64,000 nt of DNA from Actinomycetes bacterium (lineage in GTDB: Bacteria > Actinomycetota > CALGFH01), in NCBI GenBank assembly GCA_036000965.1, contig DASYUT010000265.1, positions 24,555 through 88,554 on the forward strand. The letters run 5' to 3'. Position numbers and translations under genes: made by a program. Below the pieces are notes generated by a model. That model had not been told where the DNA came from. It saw only the letters and a list, made by a program, of their open reading frames with translations, and ran no database searches. Of the stretch, positions 51,147-60,247 are shown one piece after another. How positions within the stretch are numbered: position 1 is the stretch's first letter; each line of letters begins with the position of its first letter.

Positions 51147-52319
51147 TCATGCCTCCTTCACCGGAGTGCCTGCGCCGCCGGCCGGCCGCCGCCGCCGGCG
51201 TCGCTGCCGCCGCCGGGGCTCGAGCAGGACCCGGCGCGCCCCGCCCGAGCGTAGCAGCGCGAACGCTGCCTCGACCTCCTCGAGCGGCAAGCGGTGTGAG
51301 ATCAGGCGGTCGAGCGGGAGGCGCCCCGAGCGGTACAGCCCGAGGATCGTGGGGAAGTCCCGCGCCGGCTGCGTCGAGCCGTACGCGCTGCCGAGCACCC
51401 GGCGTTCCATCCGGGGGACCGAGAGCGCGGGCAGGCGCAGCTCGGCGTCGGCGCGCGGGATCCCCACCAGGACCGCGGCGCCGCGCGCGCGCGTCGACAG
51501 GAACGCCGCCTCGGCCACCTCGGGCCGGCCGCTGGCCTCGACCGCGTAGTCCACCCCGCCGCCGCTCGCCGCGCGCACCGCCTCGGCGGTCGCCTCAGGG
51601 TCGCCGGCCCAGCGCACGGCGTCGGTCGCGCCCAGCGCCAGGGCCGCCTCGAGCTTCTCGGGCGAGACGTCGACGGCCAGCACCGGTGCGGCGCCGGCCG
51701 CGACCGCGCCGAGGATGGCGGACAGCCCCACTCCGCCGCAGCCGAGCACGGCGACGCGCTCGCCCGGGCGCACGCCCGCGGTGTTCCAGACCGCCCCGAC
51801 GCCGGTCGCGACCGCGCACCCGACGAGCGCCGCCACCTCCAGCGGTACGTCCGCGTCGACCGGCACGCACGAGCGCTCGGCCACTACCGCGCGCTCGGCG
51901 AAAGTCGACAGCAGCGAGTAGTGGTAGACGGGCTCGCCCTGGCGCGACAGGCGCGGCGTGCCGTCGAGCAGGCCGCCGTGGCCCATGGCCCCCCAGGCCG
52001 TGCGGCACAGGTGGGCGAGGCCCCGCAGGCACTCCTCGCAGCGCCCGCACCACGGGATCCAGGAGAGCGCCACCGGCTGGCCGGGACGGAGCGCCACGCC
52101 CGGCCCCGCCTGCTCCACCACCCCGGCGCCCTCATGCCCCAGCACGACAGGGCAGCGTGTGGGCGCGGTGCCGTCGATGGCGTTGAGGTCGGAGTGGCAC
52201 ACGCCGCTGGCGTGGAGCCGCACGAGCACCTCGCCCGGCCCGGGCGGGGCGAGCTCGACCTCGGTCACTTCGAGCCTGGCGCCGGTCTCGGGCAGCACGA
52301 CGGCGAGGACCGTCGTCAC
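51147..52319 (-). CDS. Zinc-dependent alcohol dehydrogenase (second copy)
   Basis: GVCHSDLN, GHEGAG, CGRCEEC and GCGGVG. The GTG at 52319 overlaps the ATPase stop (GTGA). Confidence 0.75.
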   Translation of the reverse strand: MTTVLAVVLPETGARLEVTEVELAPPGPGEVLVRLHASGVCHSDLNAIDGTAPTRCPVVLGHEGAGVVEQAGPGVALRPGQPVALSWIPWCGRCEECLRGLAHLCRTAWGAMGHGGLLDGTPRLSRQGEPVYHYSLLSTFAERAVVAERSCVPVDADVPLEVAALVGCAVATGVGAVWNTAGVRPGERVAVLGCGGVGLSAILGAVAAGAAPVLAVDVSPEKLEAALALGATDAVRWAGDPEATAEAVRAASGGGVDYAVEASGRPEVAEAAFLSTRARGAAVLVGIPRADAELRLPALSVPRMERRVLGSAYGSTQPARDFPTILGLYRSGRLPLDRLISHRLPLEEVEAAFALLRSGGARRVLLEPRRRQRRRRRRPAGGAGTPVKEA

Positions 52320-54514
52320 GGCCCGGGCTCGGCCGTCACGCTCCCTGTCGCGCCCAGCTGCAGGCGCCGCAGCTCCTCGATGGGGATGTGGCAGCGTATG
52401 AGGTGGCCGGGCTCGACCTCGGCCAGCAGGGGCTCGCTCTGCTCGCAGATCGGGCCCAGCTTGCGGGGGCAGCGCGTGTGGAACACGCAGCCCGAGGGCG
52501 GGGAGGCGGCGCTCGGGATCTCGCCGGAGAGCCGGATGCGCTCGCGAGTCCCGCCGCGGCCCTGCTCCTGGCCGTGGCCGGTGGCCAGGATCGGCGCCGC
52601 CGACAAGAGCGCCTCGGTGTAGGGGTGGTGGGGCCCCCGGAACACGACGTCGGCCGGGCCCACCTCCATCAGGCGCCCGAGGTACAGCACCGCGATCCGG
52701 TCGGCGACGAAGCGCACCACGCCCAGGTCGTGGGAGATGAACAGGTAGGTGACGCCCTCGTCGCGCTGCAGGTCCACCAGCAGGTTGAGGATCGCGGCCT
52801 GCACCGAGACGTCGAGCGCGGAGGTGGGCTCGTCGCACACCACCACACGGGGCTCCCCGGCGAACGCACGGGCGATGGCCACACGCTGCTTGAGGCCCCC
52901 CGAGAGCTGTGCCGGCTTGGCGTCGAGCGCGGGCCGGTCGAGCCGGACCGAGCGCGTCAGCTCCATGATGCGCCGCTCGCGCTCGTCGCCGCGCAGCCCC
53001 AGGAGCTTGGCCAGCGCCCGGCCGATGATCCGGTGCACCGAGTGCCGGCGGTTGAGCGAGGAGTCGGGGTTCTGGAACACGATCTGGATCTCGCGCACCT
53101 GCTCCGGCGAGCGGTGCACGATCCTGGGATCCAGCGGCGCGTCGTCCAGCTCGACGACCGAGCCCTTGTCGGGTCCGGTGAGCCCGAGCAGCGACCGTGC
53201 CAGGGTGGTCTTGCCGCTGCCCGACTCGCCCACGAGGCCGAGCACCTCCCCGCGCCGGATCGCGAGCGAGATGTCGGTGAGCGCCTGCACCTCGCGCCCC
53301 TCCTGGTGGAACGTCTTGGACAGGTGGTCCAGCCGCACGACCGGCCCTGCCGCAGCCGGTGCCCCGGCGTCCGGCCGACCGTCCCCGCCCGGGCCCCGCG
53401 CGCCGGCGGGGGCCTCCCGCGCCGCCGAGGGCGGACCATCGCCGCCAGGGCCCCGCGCGCCGGCGGGCACCTCCCGCTCGACCGAGACCGGGAGCTCCTG
53501 GGCTCGCTCGTGGAAGAAGCAGCGGCTCTGGTGGCCGGCGCCCGTCTCGTAGAGGGCCGGCTCCTCCTGGCGGCAGCGCTCCTCGGCCAGCCCGCAGCGG
53601 TCGGCGAACACACACCCCGGGATCACCGCCCCGATGGGCGGGGGGAACCCGGGGATGGTGTCGAGCACGCCCCGGTCCTTGCTGTCGCCCCACTTGGGGA
53701 CGGCTCGCAGCAGGCCCACGGTGTAGGGGTGGCGCGGGTCGCCGAGCAGCGTGCTGGTCGCACCCTCCTCCACCAGCCGTCCGGCGTACAGGACCCCGAT
53801 GCGGTCGCACATGCGCGCGATCACGCCGAGGTTGTGGCTGATGAACAGCACGCTCGTCTGGTACTCGCGCCGCAGCGCCGCCACCAGGTCGAGCACCTCC
53901 GCCTCCACCGTCGCGTCGAGCCCGGTGGTGGGCTCGTCGAGGATCAGCAGCGAGGGGTTGGCCGCCAGCGCCATCGCGATGACCACCCGCTGCTGCATGC
54001 CGCCGGAGAGCTGGTGGGGGTAGCGGCGCATCACGCCAACGGGGTCGGAGATCTGGACCTTCTGGAGCATCGCGCGGGCACGCTGGTGCGTCTCGTCCTT
54101 GGCCGTGCCCAGGACCCGGAAGGACTCGGCCACCTGGTCGCCAACCCGGATCGAGGGGTTCAGGGCGGTCCCGGGGTTCTGGTAGACCATCGAGACGGTA
54201 TGGGAGCGCAGCCGCCTGAGCCCCTCCTCGTCCATGCGGAACAGGTCGGCGCCGTCGATGCGGATCTCGCCCGACGTCACCCGCGCGTTGCGGGGCAGGT
54301 AGCGCATGGCGGCGAAGGCGACCGTGGACTTGCCGCAGCCGGACTCGCCGACCAGCCCGTAGGACTCGCCGCGGGCCACCTCGAAGCTGACGCCGCGGAC
54401 AGCCTCCCGGTCCCTGCCCCGCACGCGGTAGGCGAGCCTGAAGTCCGACACCTCGAGGGCCGGGACGGCCGCGGGCACGGTGGCACCGGGCTCGAGCGGC
54501 GCAGCGGCGCTCAC
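52316..54514 (-). CDS. ABC transporter ATP-binding protein, fused duplicated ATPase (DppD-DppF / OppD-OppF type)
   Basis: Two complete NBDs (GESGCGKST...LSGGMQQRVVIAMAL...LILDEPTTGLD and GESGSGKTT...LSGGLKQRVAIARAF...VVCDEPTSALD), each with a C-terminal oligopeptide-type extension. The GTG overlaps the permease stop. Confidence 0.85.
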   Translation of the reverse strand: MSAAAPLEPGATVPAAVPALEVSDFRLAYRVRGRDREAVRGVSFEVARGESYGLVGESGCGKSTVAFAAMRYLPRNARVTSGEIRIDGADLFRMDEEGLRRLRSHTVSMVYQNPGTALNPSIRVGDQVAESFRVLGTAKDETHQRARAMLQKVQISDPVGVMRRYPHQLSGGMQQRVVIAMALAANPSLLILDEPTTGLDATVEAEVLDLVAALRREYQTSVLFISHNLGVIARMCDRIGVLYAGRLVEEGATSTLLGDPRHPYTVGLLRAVPKWGDSKDRGVLDTIPGFPPPIGAVIPGCVFADRCGLAEERCRQEEPALYETGAGHQSRCFFHERAQELPVSVEREVPAGARGPGGDGPPSAAREAPAGARGPGGDGRPDAGAPAAAGPVVRLDHLSKTFHQEGREVQALTDISLAIRRGEVLGLVGESGSGKTTLARSLLGLTGPDKGSVVELDDAPLDPRIVHRSPEQVREIQIVFQNPDSSLNRRHSVHRIIGRALAKLLGLRGDERERRIMELTRSVRLDRPALDAKPAQLSGGLKQRVAIARAFAGEPRVVVCDEPTSALDVSVQAAILNLLVDLQRDEGVTYLFISHDLGVVRFVADRIAVLYLGRLMEVGPADVVFRGPHHPYTEALLSAAPILATGHGQEQGRGGTRERIRLSGEIPSAASPPSGCVFHTRCPRKLGPICEQSEPLLAEVEPGHLIRCHIPIEELRRLQLGATGSVTAEPGP

Positions 54515-55401
54515 CGTTCGAACACCTGGGTGAGCGCGTCGGAGACGAGGTTCACGCCGACGACCAGGCTGGCGATGGCGATGGCCGGGAACAGCGTCGG
54601 CCACCAGATGCCGCCCGGGAGGAACCCGTAGTCGTTGAAGATCGTGACCCCCCAGTCCGGCGCGGGCGGCTGGATGCCGAACCCCAGGAACGACAGCGTG
54701 GCGATCAGAAAGATCGCATAGCCGAGCCGCACCGTGAACTCCACCAGGATCGGCGCGGTCACGTTGGGCAGGATCTCCACGAACATGACGTAGGGCGCGC
54801 GCTCGTTGCGGAGCTTGGCCGCCTGCACGTACTCGAGCTCGCGTTCGGCGAGCACCGCGGCCCGCACGGTGCGGGCGATGATCGGGGTGAACACGAGCCC
54901 GATCACCACGATCACCGTGACGTTCGACGGGCCGAGCGCCACCAGCGCGAGCAGCCCGACGACCACCGCCGGCAGCGCGAGGACGGCGTCGACCACGCGC
55001 ATGAGGATGTCGTCGACTGCGCCGCGGTAGTAGCCCGTCACGAGCCCGATGGCGGTCCCGGCGACCGTGCCGATCGCGGTCGCGAGCGGGGCGACGACGA
55101 GGATGCCCCGCGCGCCCGCGATGACCCGCGAGAACACGTCCCGGCCGAGCTCGTCGGTCCCGAACCAGTTGCTCGACGACGGCCGGGCGAGCCGGTGGAG
55201 CACGTTGACCGCGAAGGGGTCGTGCGTCTCGATCAGGCTGCCGAAGACCGCGCACACGACCCAGAACCCGACGACCACCGCCCCCACCAGGAAGGTGGGC
55301 GAGCGGCGCAGCACGCGCCAGCGCTCCCCGCGGACGGCCCGCCGCCCCTGCCTGCCGCGGACGCTGTCGAGCTCGGCCGAGACCTGTTCGCCGACGCTCA
55401 T
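54511..55401 (-). CDS. ABC transporter permease (DppC/OppC-like)
   Basis: TM permease with the BPD_transp_1 signature region. Confidence 0.8.
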   Translation of the reverse strand: MSVGEQVSAELDSVRGRQGRRAVRGERWRVLRRSPTFLVGAVVVGFWVVCAVFGSLIETHDPFAVNVLHRLARPSSSNWFGTDELGRDVFSRVIAGARGILVVAPLATAIGTVAGTAIGLVTGYYRGAVDDILMRVVDAVLALPAVVVGLLALVALGPSNVTVIVVIGLVFTPIIARTVRAAVLAERELEYVQAAKLRNERAPYVMFVEILPNVTAPILVEFTVRLGYAIFLIATLSFLGFGIQPPAPDWGVTIFNDYGFLPGGIWWPTLFPAIAIASLVVGVNLVSDALTQVFER

Positions 55402-55420
55402 TCCACACCCCTATGGACGC

Positions 55421-56374
55421 TCATTCCGTGCCCCCGTAGCGGATGCGCGGGTTGAGCAGCGAGTAGCCGATGTCGGCGAGCAGCGTGGTCAGCAGGTACA
55501 CGATCCCCATCACCATCACCGTGCCCTGCAGCAGGGGGAAGTCCTTCTTCGTGGCGGCCAGGAAGGTCAGCTGTCCGATCCCCTGGTAGTTGAAGATGAC
55601 CTCGATCACCACCAGCCCGCCGATGAGGTAGCCGGTCTGGGTGGCGACCACCGCGATCGTCGGCAGCAGCGCGTTGCGGAGCACGTGGCGGAAGATCACG
55701 GTCCGCTGCGAGATCCCCTTGAGCACCGCGGTGCGGGTGTAGTCGGCGTCCAGCGCCTCGATCATGCCCGCACGGGTGATCCGGGCGATGTAGCCGAACA
55801 GCACGAACACCAACGGGATCGCGGGCAGGAGGAGGTAGCGCAGCTGCGTGCCGGGCCCGCTTCCCCTGGGGGCCTGGGCGGTGACCGGGAGCCACTGCAG
55901 CTGCACGGCGAACACCAGGATGACCACGATGCTCCAGACGAACTCGGGCACCACGGTGGCGGACAGGCCGCCCACCGTCACGACGCGGTCCACCGCCCGG
56001 CCGTGGGAGAGCCCGGCCGCGATCCCGCCGAGGATGCCGAGCGGCACCACCAGCACGAACGCCACGAGCGCGAGCTTGAGCGAGTTGAGCAGCGCCGACC
56101 CGAGCAGCGAGGACACGGGGACCTGGAAAGAGAGCGACTCGCCCAGGTCACCACGCACCGCGCCGGACAGCCAGTCCCAGTACTGCACCGCGATGGGCCG
56201 GTCCGTCCCCAGCCGCTGGTTCAGAGCGGCGACGGCCTCGGGTGCGGCGAAGGGCCCCAGGATGCGGCGGCCGACGTCACCGGGGAGCACCTGCATCCCG
56301 ACGAAGACGATGGTCGCGAGCAGCCAGAGCGTCAGCACCGCAAGCCCGACGCGCCGGAGGACGAACCGGCCCAT
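55421..56374 (-). CDS. ABC transporter permease (DppB/OppB-like)
   Basis: TM permease with the EAA motif region. Upstream partner of the DppC-like gene. Confidence 0.8.
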   Translation of the reverse strand: MGRFVLRRVGLAVLTLWLLATIVFVGMQVLPGDVGRRILGPFAAPEAVAALNQRLGTDRPIAVQYWDWLSGAVRGDLGESLSFQVPVSSLLGSALLNSLKLALVAFVLVVPLGILGGIAAGLSHGRAVDRVVTVGGLSATVVPEFVWSIVVILVFAVQLQWLPVTAQAPRGSGPGTQLRYLLLPAIPLVFVLFGYIARITRAGMIEALDADYTRTAVLKGISQRTVIFRHVLRNALLPTIAVVATQTGYLIGGLVVIEVIFNYQGIGQLTFLAATKKDFPLLQGTVMVMGIVYLLTTLLADIGYSLLNPRIRYGGTE

Positions 56375-56526
56375 GCCTTACCTCACTCGTTCCTGTCTGA
56401 TGGCTGTCGCTGGGAACTCATCTACCGGTAGTCCTCGTTCGATGTGGGGGGAGCTCGCTCCCCCCACGGCCCCCCAAGAGCGCCTGTGCCATGGTCGGGG
56501 TACTCGGCGAATCCATCGGACAGGCC

Positions 56527-58212
56527 CTAGGCCAGTTGCCCTGCCTTGGTGAGCCGGATGTGGCCCATGGCCGTTGGCTCCACCCCGGCGATGTTGGTCT
56601 GCGTCGCGCTCATGTGGAAGTGGAAGTACGGGAAGAGGACCGGCGACTCATCCAGCAGCAGCTGCTCGATCTTTGCCGCAGCGGCCTTCTGCGCCTGCAC
56701 CTCGACCGCGGCCACGTACTGCTTGACCAGCGCGTCGTAGTCCTTGTTGTGGAAGTGCGCCGAGTTCCACGGGCCGCTCGAGGTGAGCGGGGCGCTGAGG
56801 AACACGTTGGGCACGCCGCGGTGGCCGTAGTCGGTGATCCCCATGGTCGAGTCGAGCCAGGGCGACTTCCCGAACACCGCCGACCCGTAGTAGGTGCTCG
56901 GGTTGGTCACGCTGAGGTTGATCGTGCCGCCGACCTGCTGCACCGCCTGCTTGATCGTCTGCGCGAGCAGCGGGATCTCGTAGCCGTTCCAGGTCGCGAG
57001 CGTCACCGTGAAGCTGGACTTCCCCGCGTCGGCGAGCAGCTGCTTGGCCTTGTCGACGTCCTTCGCGCGCTGCGCGACGGACGTGTCGGTCGAGGGGAAG
57101 ACAGGGGCGAACGGCGAGTCGTTGCCCATGTCGCCCTTGCCGCTCAGCAACCCCTGGACCAGCGCCGGGCGGTCCAGCAGCAGGGCGATGGCCTGCCGCA
57201 CCCGCTTGTCGGTGAAGGGCTCCTTGTCGGTGCGCATGTGCACCTGCCGGTGCGCGGCCGAGCGCAGCTCCAGGACCTTGACGTTGGGGTTGTTGAACAG
57301 GGGCTGGCCGGTGGAGGCGGAGAACTGGCTCACCACGTCGAGCTGCTTGCTCTGCAGTGCGAGCACGCGCGGCTGCTCGTCGGCGTAGAACTTGAGCGTG
57401 ACGGTGTCCAGGATGGGCGACCCCGCCTGCCAGTAGCTGGGGTTCTTCGCGTAGGCCACCTCCGACCCGGTCTTGAAGCTCGTCATCTTCCAGGGGCCCG
57501 TCCCGACGAACGAGGTCTCGTACTTGCCGCCGTAGTCGTAGTTGGCCGGCAGGATGATCGTGTTGTAGTTGTCCGAGCTCACCAGGTAGGGGAAGTTCCC
57601 GTTCGGGGCGTCGAGGTGGAAGGCCACCGTCTGGTCGTCGACCACCTGGACCCCGGCCGGCTTCAGCACCCCGGCGAACGCCGAGAGCGCGCTCGAGCCC
57701 CCCTTGGGGTCGGAGTGGGTCTTGAAGGTCTTTGCAACGTCCTCGGCCTTCAGCGGCTGGCCGTTGTTGAAGGTCACGCCCTGGCGGATCTTGAAGGTCC
57801 ACACCGAGCCGTCGGCGTTGGGCGACCAGCTCTCCGCGAGGACGGGCTGCAGGTTGAGCTTCTCGTCCGACCAGGTGAGGTACTCGCCGGCCTGCCCGAG
57901 CACGGCCAGCCCCCCCTCGTCGGCCACCGTGAGGGGGTTGACGGCCGCCGAGGGGGCGATGATCCCGACGGTCATCGTGCCGCCCTTCTTGACGGCCCCG
58001 GTGGCGCTGCTCCCGGTGGTCCCAGGCGTCGACGACCCCCCGCAGGCCGCAGCCAGGAAGCCGAGCACTCCCATCGACATCCCGAGCACCGTCCCACGCC
58101 GGATGAACTCCCGCCGCGAGATCCTGCCGGCGACCAGCTCGTCGATCAGGTGGTTGTCGAGCTCGGTCCGGCGGGCCCGAACCTCGTCGACCCGGCGCTG
58201 CAACTCCTCCAT
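56527..58212 (-). CDS. ABC transporter substrate-binding protein, family 5 (DppA/OppA/NikA-like), Tat/lipoprotein signal
   Basis: Tat-like SRREFIRRG, then the lipobox LAAACGG. SBP_bac_5 fold. GGAGGTG lies 6 nt upstream of the ATG at 58212. Confidence 0.8.
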   Translation of the reverse strand: MEELQRRVDEVRARRTELDNHLIDELVAGRISRREFIRRGTVLGMSMGVLGFLAAACGGSSTPGTTGSSATGAVKKGGTMTVGIIAPSAAVNPLTVADEGGLAVLGQAGEYLTWSDEKLNLQPVLAESWSPNADGSVWTFKIRQGVTFNNGQPLKAEDVAKTFKTHSDPKGGSSALSAFAGVLKPAGVQVVDDQTVAFHLDAPNGNFPYLVSSDNYNTIILPANYDYGGKYETSFVGTGPWKMTSFKTGSEVAYAKNPSYWQAGSPILDTVTLKFYADEQPRVLALQSKQLDVVSQFSASTGQPLFNNPNVKVLELRSAAHRQVHMRTDKEPFTDKRVRQAIALLLDRPALVQGLLSGKGDMGNDSPFAPVFPSTDTSVAQRAKDVDKAKQLLADAGKSSFTVTLATWNGYEIPLLAQTIKQAVQQVGGTINLSVTNPSTYYGSAVFGKSPWLDSTMGITDYGHRGVPNVFLSAPLTSSGPWNSAHFHNKDYDALVKQYVAAVEVQAQKAAAAKIEQLLLDESPVLFPYFHFHMSATQTNIAGVEPTAMGHIRLTKAGQLA

Positions 58213-58586
58213 CGCACACCTCCGGACCCGGAGCCGCACGACGGCTCCGCTCCTCGGTCGCTCGGCCGCGGGCAGGCTCTGCGTGCCTGCTTCCTGCGGA
58301 GCTTTCCTGCCAGGGAGAGCCCCTCTCTCTCCTTGAGACGCCGTCCTCGCGGAACGGGATCTTCCTCGTGCCTGGGGAGACTCGCCCTGCCGACGCATAG
58401 GATGCCCCTTTCCAGGATGCAGGGGAAGCCCGTCAGCCCCCTGGCGCGTCGCTCATGGAGCCGGCGCCGCACGCAGCGCCGGACCCTGCAGACAGCCCTG
58501 GACCTTGCGCGCCGCCCGGGGCCACGCAATCACCCCGAAACGGGATGCTTGACCGACGCTCCAGGTCATCGAGGCGCCCGCTCGAG

Positions 58587-59471
58587 TCAGGCCGATGCCG
58601 CGGTGGCGTCCGACCCGACCACGTCGGCGAGCCGATCCACCTGGTCGACATCGGCGACGGTGGGGTCGAAGACCAGCTCGTCCACGCCGAGCTCCTCGAA
58701 GGCCGCGGCCCGCTCCCGGACCGCGGCCGGTGTGCGGGGTGCGCCCATGGCGATCCCCTCCGCCCACTCACCGGCGAACCCGTAGTAGGTGCGCAGGTTG
58801 CGGACCGACTCCTCGGTGTGCTCCTCACCCAGCGAGAAATAGGACAGGACGACGATCCGCGGCTGCCCGTCGCCGCCGGCCTGCTCCCACGCGGCCCGAA
58901 AGGCCCCGATCACGCCGGCGGCCATCTCCGGCGAGGCCCCCCCGATGGTGTAGCCCGCGCGCCACCGGACCGCTCGTGGCGCCGCCAGATCCGGCCGCCC
59001 GCCGATCAGCAGCGGGATGCGGCCCCTCGTGGTCGGCGGGGCGACCGGGAACTGGCTCCCGGGGACCGGCTCGCCCGCCCAGGCCCGGTGGAGCAGTTCC
59101 AGGTCGGCATCGAACCGCTTGCCGCGGTCGGAGAACGACCGGCCGGTCAGCTGGAAGTCGTCGGCCCGCGCTCCCACCCCCAGCCCGAGGGTGAAGCGGC
59201 CGCCTGAGATCTGGTCGACGCTCGCCGTCACCTTGGCCAGCAGCACCGGGCTGTAGGCGGGTTCGAGGAGGATGTTGGTCAGCAGGCCGATCCGGTCGCT
59301 CACCGCCGCCGCCGCGGCCAGGGCCGTGAGCGAGTCGTAGCTGGGATAGGCGACCCGGTCGATCGTCGCGAGCGTGGAGAACCCGCGGTCCTGAGCGCGC
59401 CTGGCCCAGGTGAGCAGCAGCTCTCCAGGGACGTCGAGGACGGTGTTCGGGAGGCCGATGCCAATCTGCAT
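58587..59471 (-). CDS. LLM-class (luciferase-like) flavin/F420-dependent oxidoreductase
   Basis: N-terminal MQIGIGLPN and the TIM-barrel LLM pattern. GGAGGAA lies 8 nt upstream of the ATG at 59471. Confidence 0.7.
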   Translation of the reverse strand: MQIGIGLPNTVLDVPGELLLTWARRAQDRGFSTLATIDRVAYPSYDSLTALAAAAAVSDRIGLLTNILLEPAYSPVLLAKVTASVDQISGGRFTLGLGVGARADDFQLTGRSFSDRGKRFDADLELLHRAWAGEPVPGSQFPVAPPTTRGRIPLLIGGRPDLAAPRAVRWRAGYTIGGASPEMAAGVIGAFRAAWEQAGGDGQPRIVVLSYFSLGEEHTEESVRNLRTYYGFAGEWAEGIAMGAPRTPAAVRERAAAFEELGVDELVFDPTVADVDQVDRLADVVGSDATAASA

Positions 59472-59620
59472 GTCCAGTTCCTCCTCTGGCTCCCAGTGGT
59501 GACGAGGCCGGCAGGCGGCATTGTCGTCGAAGCGGGACGTCGGGCGGGCCCTCCTGCCTAGCCGGCCCAGCCGCTCATCGGTCGCCCGCTGGCCGTCGAG
59601 CTCCGCGGGCGGGCTCGAGG

Positions 59621-60079
59621 CTAGCCCTCGCCGATGTCCTCGTTCCAGATCTCGGGATGCTCGTGGATGAACCGTTCCATGAGATCCCCGCATTCAGGCG
59701 AGTCGACCACGGTGATCTCGACGCCTGACGCCCGGAGCCAATCGACCCCGCCGCGGAAGTGGCGGTCCTCTCCGACGACGACCCGGGGGATGCGGAACTG
59801 CCGGATCAGGCCGCTGCAGTACCAGCAGGGGGCCAGGGTTGTCACCATGGTGGTGCCGCGATAGCTCTGCTGCCGGCCAGCCTTCCGGAAGGCGTCGGTC
59901 TCACCGTGGATCGAGGGGTCGTCTTCCTGCACTCTCCGGTTGCGCCCCCGCCCCAGGAGCCGACCGTCCGCTGCGAACAGGGCGCCGCCCACCGGCACGC
60001 CGCCCTCGCTCAGCCCGATCCTGGCTTCCTCGATGGCGACTGCCAGCATGCGGTCGACTGCTCCCGTTTCGCCCGCCAT
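59621..60079 (-). CDS. Cytidine/deoxycytidylate deaminase-fold protein (nucleoside/nucleobase deaminase, TadA/GuaD-like)
   Basis: Zinc ligands HGETDA and PCWYCSG. Confidence 0.75.
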   Translation of the reverse strand: MAGETGAVDRMLAVAIEEARIGLSEGGVPVGGALFAADGRLLGRGRNRRVQEDDPSIHGETDAFRKAGRQQSYRGTTMVTTLAPCWYCSGLIRQFRIPRVVVGEDRHFRGGVDWLRASGVEITVVDSPECGDLMERFIHEHPEIWNEDIGEG

Positions 60080-60112
60080 CAGCGGCCTCCTTGGTGACGC
60101 CGTGCGTCGGGG

Positions 60113-60228
60113 TGGTGGCCCGTCGGGATGGTGGCCCGTCGGGATGGTGGCCCGACGGGGTGGTGGCCCGACGGGGTGGTGGCCCGACGGGGTGGTGGCC
60201 CGTCGGGGTGGTGGCCCGACGGAGCCTA
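60113..60228. repeat. 16-bp tandem repeat x7 (ggtggcccgNcgggNt) upstream of the deaminase gene
   Basis: Seven consecutive units lie between the amidohydrolase stop and the deaminase start. Confidence 0.8.
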
Positions 60229-60247
60229 CCCGGTTGGCTCGCGAGCC

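Noticed and set aside
51147-53810. 887-aa minus-strand ORF
   Set aside because: The C-terminal 390 aa are a genuine Zn-ADH starting at the GTG at 52319. The N-terminal part is an out-of-frame reading of the ABC ATPase gene.
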